From NCBI GenBank assembly GCA_020720045.1, contig DYPH01000046.1, positions 1 to 40,090 of the forward strand: DNA of 40,090 nt. Reading direction: 5' to 3'. Shown here in pieces: positions 1 through 7,528 of the stretch. Made by a program: the position numbers and the translations under genes. How positions within the stretch are numbered: position 1 is the stretch's first letter; each line of letters opens with the position of its first letter. The notes beneath the pieces were generated by a model. That model was not told where the DNA came from. It worked only from the letters and a program-made list of their open reading frames with translations, and searched no databases. Source of the stretch: Sorangium cellulosum. Lineage in GTDB: Bacteria > Myxococcota_A > Polyangia > Polyangiales > Polyangiaceae.

Positions 1-218
1 ACATTGCTTTGATCACATCCCGTGTAAATTGCAATTCCGAGCAGCTACCTAGAAGGGGTGGTGGACGGCTGGCTCGACGGGGCGCGGCGAGACTTTCGCC
101 AGATCATACCGAGAGTTCCCAATGTAATTCCGCTCTTGGCCTTTCGGTTGACGGCGGCCCCGCCAGCGACCGCCCGCGCCTTCCGACGCCCGCTCGGGGA
201 CGTTTTGCGCGACGGCCT

Positions 219-3200
219 CTAGCGAAGCGACGGGATCGGGAGGAAGGCGTCCAGGAAGCGTTCCGGGCGGGCGATGCGCTGGGCAGACACCGCAAGCTCG
301 GCGCGCTCGACGCCGGCCCAGTCGCCGGAACGCCATGCGATCGCGCGTTCGATGGCGAAGCGGTAGCTTCCGAGCTTCGCCTCATCGAGCGTTCCGAGGA
401 TCTGTTCCGCGAAGGAATTCTCACTCCCGTCATTTCGCCCCACGGCACGTGCGTACGCGAAGGCCGCCGCAAGGCCGGTCGCCCAGGGGACATTCTCGCC
501 GCGGAGAGCGGCGATCGCGGCGAGAACGGTCGCGTCGTCGCCAACAGCAAGGCCGACCCGACCGCGCGTTTCCGCAGCAAGAATGCGGTTCGGCCGAAGC
601 TTATCAAGGCCGGACCCTTCGTAGCGGGCATCGGTCTCGCGGAGGAGCGCCTGCGCACTTGAAACGTCCCCCTCGTAGAGGAAGGAGATGCAGCGACTCC
701 ATGCACTCTGCAAGTGTTGGAGGTGGAATCCGTCGAGGGCCCACGAAGCGGTCGCTTCTTCGGCGTCGCGACGGGCACCGACCGGGTCGTCCCGGAAAAG
801 GTGGACGAGGTTCGGCACCCCGACGCGGAGTGCGGTCTCGGCGAACTTGTCACCGATGGCGCGCGCGGCCAAACGCGCACGCTCAACTGCATCTTCCAAG
901 CGAGCGAATTCGCCGAAATATCCGAAGGCCCAAAGCTCATTCTGGCGAACGGTACCGATCTCCCAGTGGGTGCCGACGTTGTGCTTCTCGAGTTCGAGGA
1001 GCGCCGGCACGGCACGCAGTGCGACCTGATCCCAGTGGCCGCGGACCGCCTGCGACATGCATCGAGCGGTGCTGATCCACGCCGCCGAGTAGGCGTCACC
1101 GTGTTGGGCGACGAGGCGATCGGCCTCGTCAAGGAGCCCGTCGCCGTCGCGTTCGCCTTCTTCGCCCCGCGTGGAGAGGAAGATCGCTTCCATGCCGAGG
1201 GCGCGGATCAGGCGCTTCGGTTCGCCGGCATCGAGCGAGAGCCGAAGATTCTCTGCATGATACACAAATCCGCGAAGTTGATCGGACATCAGGAAACCGC
1301 ACGCCGCGGCCCAGGCGGTATCGATCCGCTCAAGGGCACCGAGTTCAATCGCTTCTTCCGTGCGCAGTCGATACGCCCGCCCACGCAGCGCGAGGCGGCC
1401 GCGGGAGAAGAGAAACATCGGCACCTTGAGAAAGGGGCGCACAAGCGGAAGACCGACGTCGTCGAGGGCCCCATTGAGCTGGCGCTCCCCGTCATCAATG
1501 TATCCTGCACGCAAAAGCGTTTCTGCGGCGCGGCGCCGGAGAACACGCCCACGACGGCCTCCATGCACGGTGGCGGCGCGGAGGAAGAGGTCGGCCGCTT
1601 CGCGAGCGCGGCCGCCGTTTGCAAGCGCAGTGGCGAGAGAGACAAGCAATTCCGCCGTGGAACGCCCTTCGGCCTCCGCACGCCGCAGCAGGTATCGATA
1701 GGCGTTCGCGGCGCGGTCGAAGGCGAGCGCACGCTCGGCCCCCTCCGCGAGCCGAATCGCGAGCGGCCGGGCCCGCGCGTGATCCTCGGCGCCGGCGAAA
1801 TGGAAAAAAAGCGCATCGTCGTCGACCGGTTCGCGGCTTGCGAACGCTTCGCCGAAGCGACGGTGGAGGCGTCGGCGGGCTTCGTCGTCAAGGCGACTCC
1901 GCACCGCCTCGCGAACTTTGCCGTGGTAGGGCTCGACGGGGTCGGTCGCGCGAAGACCATCGAGCTTCACCAGACGCCCGAGTTTCATGCGCTTTACGTG
2001 CTTGAAGGCAATCGACGGATCGACGCCAGCCACCTGGGCGATGAGCGGTTGCGGGAGCGGCTTAATCGCCAGGGAAAGCGCTTCAAGCATGCGGCGCGCA
2101 TCGTCTTCGAGAGAGTCGACGCGGGCGAGCAAGGCTTCGACGAGGCGGTGCTCGCCGGAGGTTCCGGCGGTGGCGAGGCGCGACGAACGGAGGAGTTCGT
2201 CCAGCAAAAACGGGTGTCCGGAGGAAGCCTCGACGATGGCGTCGACGTCGGCGTCGGGATGGGCGCCCCGCGCGACTGCCGCCTCGACGAAGGCCAAGCA
2301 TTCGGCGCGTGGGAGCGGGCCCACGACGACGACCTCGGGAGATACATCTGCAAAAACGCGAGAATCTGGGCGCTCACGTGCAGACACGACGACGAAGAGG
2401 CCGATCGGAGTTGGTCGGCGGAGCAGGGCAGCGAGGAGGCCGCGGCTGTCGTCGTCGGCCCATTGGAAGTCATCAAAAGCGAGCACGACGGGCACTTCAC
2501 GGGCGATCCGGGCGAAGAGCTCTCGGGCCTGGGCAAACGCCTCACGACGGCGTTCGATAGGGTCGACGGGCCTCGTCGGTTCTTCGAGATCGATGCGTTC
2601 CAAGAGCGGAACAAGCACCGGAAAGCTCTCGGCGAGCGTCCAGGCAGAGCCGGTCAAAAAGCGCGCGACGTCTTCGGCGACGAACCGGTCGAGCCATTGT
2701 GCGATCTGCGCAAAGATCCGATCAAAGGCATTGAAGGGGACCGCTTCATCGGGATGACAGCGACCTGCGAGAACGAGTGGTGCCGGGCGACGCGCCGAAA
2801 GCTGGTCGCGAAACATATTGAGAATATGGGACTTTCCGATCCCTGACTCCCCCTCAAGCAGCACGATCGGCGTCGGCTGGCGCTCGCCGCGTTCACTACG
2901 CGGCGGTGGCGATGAGGGGCGGTGAGAATCGGCATCGAGCTCGCTTGTCGACGTCGCTGCCGGTGGAAGCACATTCCGAAGAATGCGCTCGCGCTCCGCG
3001 CGCACCGCGCCGAAAGCTGTGTAGAGCACATCCATCTCCCGCTGGCGACCGACGAAGATCTCCTCATCGCTCGGCGCGATGGGGGCGCTCCCTAGCGATG
3101 GCGGGAACAGACTGAGCCCCGCCTCGAGAACGGTGAGGATCGATTCGGCATCGGGCCGGGCCTCCGGCGTCGGCGAAAGCAGAGCCATCGCGAGATCGAT

Positions 3201-4118
3201 AAGGTCGTCGGGGGCGTCGGCGGCGAACTCGACCCGTAGGCGGGGCTTGCCTCGACGCTTGGCGGCGAGGACGTCTTGAAGCGTCCCCTCGAAGGGGTCG
3301 CGCCCAGCAAGGACTTGGTAGAGCAAGATCCCGACGGCGTAGAAATCGGACGCGGCCGTGGCGCGACGCCCGGCGGCGTGCTCGGGGGCGATCGTGAGCG
3401 GAGTGCCAGCCATCCGCCCTTGGCGGCGGGCGGGGTCGCTGTCAACAGCAATGCCGAAGTCGATCAGGACGAGGCGATCGCGGTCGGTTACGAGCACATT
3501 GCTCGATTTGACGTCCCGATGGATCTTCCCGGCGTCGTGGAGATACCGAAGCGCTCGAACCAATTGAATGAGGAGGCGGCGCAGGCGCTTCGGGTCGCAA
3601 CGTTCGGCGAAAGGTACCGGGTGAAAAAGTTCGACGGGGCTCGGCCGCCCGTGCTCGTCTGCGCGACTAAGGGGCGGAAGGGCGAGCGTTTGACTGCCAC
3701 AAATGAGATTTGAAAAAGAGTCGGGGCGAGTGGGAGTGTTTCGCCCCGACTGAAAGCGATCTTCCGGCGGCGAGGTGCGGGCGATCGCCTGCAAGAACTC
3801 TTCGCCACGGACGAGCTCCATGGTGAAGTACCAAAGGTCATTTTCGACGAAAAGCTCTCCGAGAGAAACGAGATTTTCGTGGGCCAGGTCCTGGCAACGC
3901 CTAAATTCGCGTTTGAATTCCTCGAGAGCTCCCGCACTACGACCTGCGAGGGTCTTTAGTGCGACCGCCCCGCCAGTCTCGGCGTCATGGGCTTCGTAGA
4001 CAGTCCCCATGCCCCCGGCGCCGAGGCGACGGAGAATGCGGAACCGCCCGAGCGTCCGTGGCGAGGAAGAATCGGCTCCGAAGAACCGCGGATCGAACTC
4101 GGATGACTCCATGTTCAT
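219..4118 (-). CDS. Ser/Thr protein kinase fused to a STAND/AAA_16 NTPase and a TPR-like C-terminal region (PknK-like), about 1300 aa
   Basis: ORF 219..4262 on the minus strand. Hanks kinase motifs are present (GAGGMGTVYEA, HRDVKSSNVLV, DFGIA, APE). Downstream lies a Walker A (GESGIGKS) and a Walker B-like hhhhDDFQWADD. A long Ala/Leu/Arg-rich helical repeat region follows. The first in-frame ATG that leaves about 27 aa before the kinase core is at 4118 (MNMESSEF). The ORF stays open upstream to 4262. Confidence 0.85.
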   Translation of the reverse strand: MNMESSEFDPRFFGADSSSPRTLGRFRILRRLGAGGMGTVYEAHDAETGGAVALKTLAGRSAGALEEFKREFRRCQDLAHENLVSLGELFVENDLWYFTMELVRGEEFLQAIARTSPPEDRFQSGRNTPTRPDSFSNLICGSQTLALPPLSRADEHGRPSPVELFHPVPFAERCDPKRLRRLLIQLVRALRYLHDAGKIHRDVKSSNVLVTDRDRLVLIDFGIAVDSDPARRQGRMAGTPLTIAPEHAAGRRATAASDFYAVGILLYQVLAGRDPFEGTLQDVLAAKRRGKPRLRVEFAADAPDDLIDLAMALLSPTPEARPDAESILTVLEAGLSLFPPSLGSAPIAPSDEEIFVGRQREMDVLYTAFGAVRAERERILRNVLPPAATSTSELDADSHRPSSPPPRSERGERQPTPIVLLEGESGIGKSHILNMFRDQLSARRPAPLVLAGRCHPDEAVPFNAFDRIFAQIAQWLDRFVAEDVARFLTGSAWTLAESFPVLVPLLERIDLEEPTRPVDPIERRREAFAQARELFARIAREVPVVLAFDDFQWADDDSRGLLAALLRRPTPIGLFVVVSARERPDSRVFADVSPEVVVVGPLPRAECLAFVEAAVARGAHPDADVDAIVEASSGHPFLLDELLRSSRLATAGTSGEHRLVEALLARVDSLEDDARRMLEALSLAIKPLPQPLIAQVAGVDPSIAFKHVKRMKLGRLVKLDGLRATDPVEPYHGKVREAVRSRLDDEARRRLHRRFGEAFASREPVDDDALFFHFAGAEDHARARPLAIRLAEGAERALAFDRAANAYRYLLRRAEAEGRSTAELLVSLATALANGGRAREAADLFLRAATVHGGRRGRVLRRRAAETLLRAGYIDDGERQLNGALDDVGLPLVRPFLKVPMFLFSRGRLALRGRAYRLRTEEAIELGALERIDTAWAAACGFLMSDQLRGFVYHAENLRLSLDAGEPKRLIRALGMEAIFLSTRGEEGERDGDGLLDEADRLVAQHGDAYSAAWISTARCMSQAVRGHWDQVALRAVPALLELEKHNVGTHWEIGTVRQNELWAFGYFGEFARLEDAVERARLAARAIGDKFAETALRVGVPNLVHLFRDDPVGARRDAEEATASWALDGFHLQHLQSAWSRCISFLYEGDVSSAQALLRETDARYEGSGLDKLRPNRILAAETRGRVGLAVGDDATVLAAIAALRGENVPWATGLAAAFAYARAVGRNDGSENSFAEQILGTLDEAKLGSYRFAIERAIAWRSGDWAGVERAELAVSAQRIARPERFLDAFLPIPSLR

Positions 4119-4153
4119 GGGCGTTCCGATGACTCCATGTTCATGAGCATTCC
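4102..4153. repeat. 26-bp tandem direct duplication (24/26 identical) spanning the kinase start codon region
   Basis: gatgactccatgttcatgggcgttcc (4102-4127) is followed directly by gatgactccatgttcatgagcattcc (4128-4153). This is read directly from the sequence. Confidence 0.85.
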
Positions 4154-4277
4154 TAGGTCGGTCGACGTCATCGGGAGAGCTTGGCGCGCCCCCCCCTCGG
4201 CATCGACCGCAAAGCACCAAGATGTTCGGCTGACTTGCCCAAGGGCGTGGCGACAGCGCCACGATTCAACCGGAAGG

Positions 4278-4967
4278 GTGAGTTTACACCAAAAATATTT
4301 TGCGATAGCTGAAATAAACGGACCGCTCGCAGGACTCCCCTGTGAAGCCGATGAATTCCCCCTCACTGCTGCTCCTTCCAGCGCGTGCCACCGCCCCGCC
4401 GTCGGCCGAGCCAACCGCGGTAGCCCCCATGGCGTTGGCGAATCGGTACACGCGGTAGTCGCCCTCCGTCCACTGCTTCGCGCAGTCGTCGCAAAGACCC
4501 TCGGCCGCCCGCTCGCCGATTCCTTCGTCGACGAAGCGTTGCAAGAGGCGATGACGGAAGTCCTCGCTGCCCTCCCCTCGCGCCGCGGCGGCGACGATGA
4601 CAGCCGTGCGCTGCGGAGTTTCGTCGTCGCTATCGCCGCGAATTGCTCCCGAAACGCCATCCGAGGCTTCCAGCGCCGCCGCGCCGAGAGCCCCCTCGAC
4701 GAGCCGAGCAGCGACCCTACTCTCGGTGCACTTGTCGGCCCCCCCTTGGGCGAGGCACTGGAAGCGCGCTCCGACCTGCGCGCAATCCAGGAACGGATCG
4801 CTCAGCTCCCCGAGGGGCAACGCAGAGCATTCATTGGTTTTTTTCTCGAAGAGAAGAGCTACGAAACGCTCGCAGCCGAGTTCGCCGTCCCCATTGGGAC
4901 GGTCGCCACCTGGATCTTTCGCGCAAAGAGCGCGGTCGCGTCCGTTGCGCCGAAGGACCATCGATGA
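4278..4967 (+). CDS. ECF (group IV) sigma-70 family RNA polymerase sigma factor; start uncertain
   Basis: Frame of ORF 4137..4967. A region 2-like segment (HAVVALRPLLRAVVAKTLGRPLADSFVDEALQEAMTEVLAAL ... ALRSFVVAIAANCSRNAIR) and a region 4 HTH (LPEGQRRAFIGFFLEEKSYETLAAEFAVPIGTVATWIFRAKSAV) are present. No canonical in-frame start lies within about 30 codons of region 2. GTG 4278 and ATG 4137 are the only upstream options. The stop overlaps the next ATG (ATGA). Confidence 0.7.
   Translation: MSLHQKYFAIAEINGPLAGLPCEADEFPLTAAPSSACHRPAVGRANRGSPHGVGESVHAVVALRPLLRAVVAKTLGRPLADSFVDEALQEAMTEVLAALPSRRGGDDDSRALRSFVVAIAANCSRNAIRGFQRRRAESPLDEPSSDPTLGALVGPPLGEALEARSDLRAIQERIAQLPEGQRRAFIGFFLEEKSYETLAAEFAVPIGTVATWIFRAKSAVASVAPKDHR
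4282..4320 (+). promoter_or_regulatory. AT-rich island in the kinase/ECF divergent intergenic region; candidate promoter for the ECF operon
   Basis: tttacaccaaaaatattttgcgatagctgaaataaacgg in a roughly 70% GC background. TTTACA is a 5/6 match to a -35 hexamer. No convincing -10 element was found. Confidence 0.3.
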
Positions 4968-5431
4968 AAGCGCCCCTGCCCCACCTGTTTTCCGGCGAAC
5001 ACCTTTCCGAGTTCGGCCTCTCCGTCGCTGCCGATGGCGAAGTCACCCACCTCAGCGCGGAAGCGCAGGAGCACCTCGCGCGCTGCCCGAGCTGCGAGCT
5101 TCAGGTCGCTACCAAAGCGCTCGAAGTGCTCGAATTACCTACAGACGTACTTGCGAACGCGGCGCTGCCACCCTTCCAACGATCCCCGTCGGCGCTGCGC
5201 GCGCTCGTCCGCCCGATCTTTGCCGCATTTGCCATCGGCGGCCTTGGACTCGCTTTGCGCGTTGCGACCCTCGACCGCGCCGCGCTCCGCGAGACGGCGC
5301 GAACCCTTCGCGCCTTTGCCCATGCGGCCCCGAGCGGTCAGCCGCTCTTGTCGCTCTTCGTCGCCGTTTGCGCCACGGCGCTCGCGATCGCCATCATTCG
5401 TCGTTTGCCCGCCCCCCAGGAGTCCCGATGA
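4964..5431 (+). CDS. Anti-sigma factor, zinc-finger (ZAS-like, HxxxCxxC) N-terminal domain with one TM helix, 155 aa
   Basis: ATG 4964 overlaps the sigma stop. Motif EHLARCPSCE is present. Hydrophobic stretches IFAAFAIGGLGLALRVA and LLSLFVAVCATALAIAIIRRL are present. Its position directly after the ECF sigma supports the call. Confidence 0.7.
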   Translation: MKAPLPHLFSGEHLSEFGLSVAADGEVTHLSAEAQEHLARCPSCELQVATKALEVLELPTDVLANAALPPFQRSPSALRALVRPIFAAFAIGGLGLALRVATLDRAALRETARTLRAFAHAAPSGQPLLSLFVAVCATALAIAIIRRLPAPQESR

Positions 5432-6639
5432 ACCGCTATTCTTTCGCAACTTTCGTCGGCTTGTCTGCACTCCTCATGATCGCTCGCCCGGCGCTTGCCG
5501 ACGGCGGACACACCTTCCAGACCGAAGGGCGCTGGGAGGACGACCGCCCCGTCACTCTCGAAATTGAAGCCAAAAGCCGCCACGAAGCCCTCGGTGCGCT
5601 GGCGGCGGCGACCGGTCTCCAGATTGTGGCCCCGGCCGAAGAGGCGCCCCATCCGATCAGTCTCCACGTGAAGGAAATCGCCCCGAAAGCGGCACTGGCC
5701 CTTCTGTTTTTAGAGGATGGCGCATTTGTTGCCACCCGCGACGGCGATCGAATCGCGGTCCGCCGGGAAGCAGCAAGCTCCGCCAAGATTGAGGCGCCTC
5801 CTCGCGAACAGAGCGGCGACAACGACGCGACTCTCTTTGGAATTACTCACCTCGCCAAAGGCGTTCACTACGACGATGTTTCCGTCGTTGGCGGCATCTC
5901 GCGCATTGAAGCGACCATCGACGGCGACTTGGAAGTAACCGGCGGCATTGTGACGCTCCTCCCCGGGTCGTCCGTGCATGGCGACATCCATGTGACCGGC
6001 GGCAAACTGGAAATCGAGGACGGGGTGCGCATCGACGGAGACGTCGACAACGTGGGGGGAATCGTCAACAAGCCGGACGATATACGTGTGCATTACACAA
6101 ATAACACCGGCGGCGTCGAAGGGGCTCGTCCGGGGCGGCTCCACCGCATCGCCGACGCGATTTCCTCGGCGGCGACGCGGTTTGCGGCGCTCTTCCTCGC
6201 CGGCGTCCTTGCCCTCGGCCTCGCGCGGCGCCGGGCTGATGGCATCCGGGTCGCGATCGCCACCCAGTTTGGCCGGTCGCTGGGGCTGGGGCTCGTTGCC
6301 GCCCTTGGAGCCGCGACGGCGATCGTCGTGCTCGCAGTGACCATCGTCGGAATTCCGCTGGCAGCGGCGGCATTTGGCGTCGCCATGGCGGCCGCTTACG
6401 TCGGGGCAGCCCTCACGCTCGCTACGGCCGGCGAGGCGCTGCTCGCGCACCGCATCCCCAGCCCGTGGAAGCGCCTCGCCGTTGTCTGCGCCGCCTTCGC
6501 GGTCCTCGGAATGATCCCGACGATCGGCGGGATTCTCGAAGCGGTTGTGTTTCTCGTCGGTTTCGGCGCCGTCGTAACCACGCGGGGGGGCGTCAGCAGC
6601 GCCGACGCGCCCATCCCGGCTAGCCCCTACCGCTCGTGA
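5428..6639 (+). CDS. Exported protein with an STN-like domain, a bactofilin-like beta-helix and a C-terminal 4-TM anchor, 403 aa
   Basis: ATG 5428 overlaps the anti-sigma stop (ATGA). Signal peptide MNRYSFATFVGLSALLMIARPALADG is present. The segment EALGALAAATGLQIVAPAE...ISLHVKEIAPKAALALLFLEDGAFVATRDGDRIAV resembles STN (secretin/TonB N-terminal) domains. Gly/Val-rich repeats (DLEVTGGIVTLLPGSSVHGDIHVTGGKLEIEDGVRIDGDVDNVGGIV) are bactofilin-like. Four hydrophobic helices lie at the C-terminus. Confidence 0.8.
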   Translation: MNRYSFATFVGLSALLMIARPALADGGHTFQTEGRWEDDRPVTLEIEAKSRHEALGALAAATGLQIVAPAEEAPHPISLHVKEIAPKAALALLFLEDGAFVATRDGDRIAVRREAASSAKIEAPPREQSGDNDATLFGITHLAKGVHYDDVSVVGGISRIEATIDGDLEVTGGIVTLLPGSSVHGDIHVTGGKLEIEDGVRIDGDVDNVGGIVNKPDDIRVHYTNNTGGVEGARPGRLHRIADAISSAATRFAALFLAGVLALGLARRRADGIRVAIATQFGRSLGLGLVAALGAATAIVVLAVTIVGIPLAAAAFGVAMAAAYVGAALTLATAGEALLAHRIPSPWKRLAVVCAAFAVLGMIPTIGGILEAVVFLVGFGAVVTTRGGVSSADAPIPASPYRS

Positions 6640-7528
6640 CCGTCACCGCGAGGTGAGGAATCGCGCGGCCACGTTCCGAAGTTTTCTCAAAGGGGACTCC
6701 TTGCGCAAGCAATAGGAGTTCCTTTTCTTTCTTGCGGACGTCGACGAGAAAACGGCCGGGGAGAAAGATCGGCTTCTTAAAGCGGGCATGAAGAGACAAA
6801 TCGCTGCTGGGGAGGTCGTCGATCGCCTCGCCAAGGGTCCGCGCAAGCGTCCAAAGTCCGTGGGCGATGGCTCGTTTGAACCCGAACGGTTTTGCCAAGA
6901 GAGCGTGCTGATGAATCGGGTTTCGATCGGAGGCAATCGCGCCATAACGTCGGCCGATGTTCTCGGGGACGGTAACGACCGCCGAGCGCAAAAGATCGCC
7001 AAAGGACGTGGTTTCGCCGTCGACGGTAGGTTCCTTGCCGGCGGTCTCGCGACCGGCGCTCTTGGAACCGCCAGCACCCGACCGGGCAAGAATCGTCGCC
7101 GTCCATGTGCCTTTGGGGACGCCAGCGACGGAGACGTCGGTGCGCAAATCAAAGAGCCACCCCTCGGAGGAATCCGGTCGCCACGGCCTGCAATTCCCAG
7201 CGGAGGCGGCAAGTTCAAGCACCGCCGACGCCGGGATCGGGGCGAGGAGCTCGACGCGATTTTCGATGTGAACGATGCCGAGCGCGCCGAAGGGGAACTG
7301 GCGGTCGGCAAAAAGATCGAGGTGGAGCTTGGCCGCCGCAATTTGGGGCACCAGGAGCGGGAGCGTCGAACCCGCCGGAAGGCCGCAGATCGCGGCATAG
7401 GCGGCGATGCGTTCTGCGTCCCAGCGGGCTTCGCCGGTTGCTGCCAGCTGCGGAAATTCCGCCGCCGCCCGCAGACCAGGACGCTTGGCAAAAAACAGGT
7501 CGAGATGCTTTTTCATTGCCGGATTCAT
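6620..7528 (-). CDS. MaoC-like (R)-specific enoyl-CoA hydratase/dehydratase, double hot-dog fold
   Basis: ORF 6620..7576. Start taken at M17 (MNPAMKKHLDLFF), which has a GGAGGT Shine-Dalgarno immediately upstream. The MaoC signature YGAIASDRNPIHQHALLAKPFGFKRAIAHGLWTLA is present. Its ATG overlaps the stop of the upstream gene. Confidence 0.85.
   Translation of the reverse strand: MNPAMKKHLDLFFAKRPGLRAAAEFPQLAATGEARWDAERIAAYAAICGLPAGSTLPLLVPQIAAAKLHLDLFADRQFPFGALGIVHIENRVELLAPIPASAVLELAASAGNCRPWRPDSSEGWLFDLRTDVSVAGVPKGTWTATILARSGAGGSKSAGRETAGKEPTVDGETTSFGDLLRSAVVTVPENIGRRYGAIASDRNPIHQHALLAKPFGFKRAIAHGLWTLARTLGEAIDDLPSSDLSLHARFKKPIFLPGRFLVDVRKKEKELLLLAQGVPFEKTSERGRAIPHLAVTVTSGRG

Noticed and set aside
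714-2846. 710-aa ORF on the plus strand inside the kinase-STAND gene
   Set aside because: It lies on the opposite strand of the kinase-STAND gene and has shadow-ORF composition. The minus-strand frame carries clear kinase and Walker motifs.
5710-6450. 246-aa minus-strand ORF
   Set aside because: It lies on the opposite strand of the exported STN/bactofilin-like protein and has Arg/Asp/Gly-rich composition.
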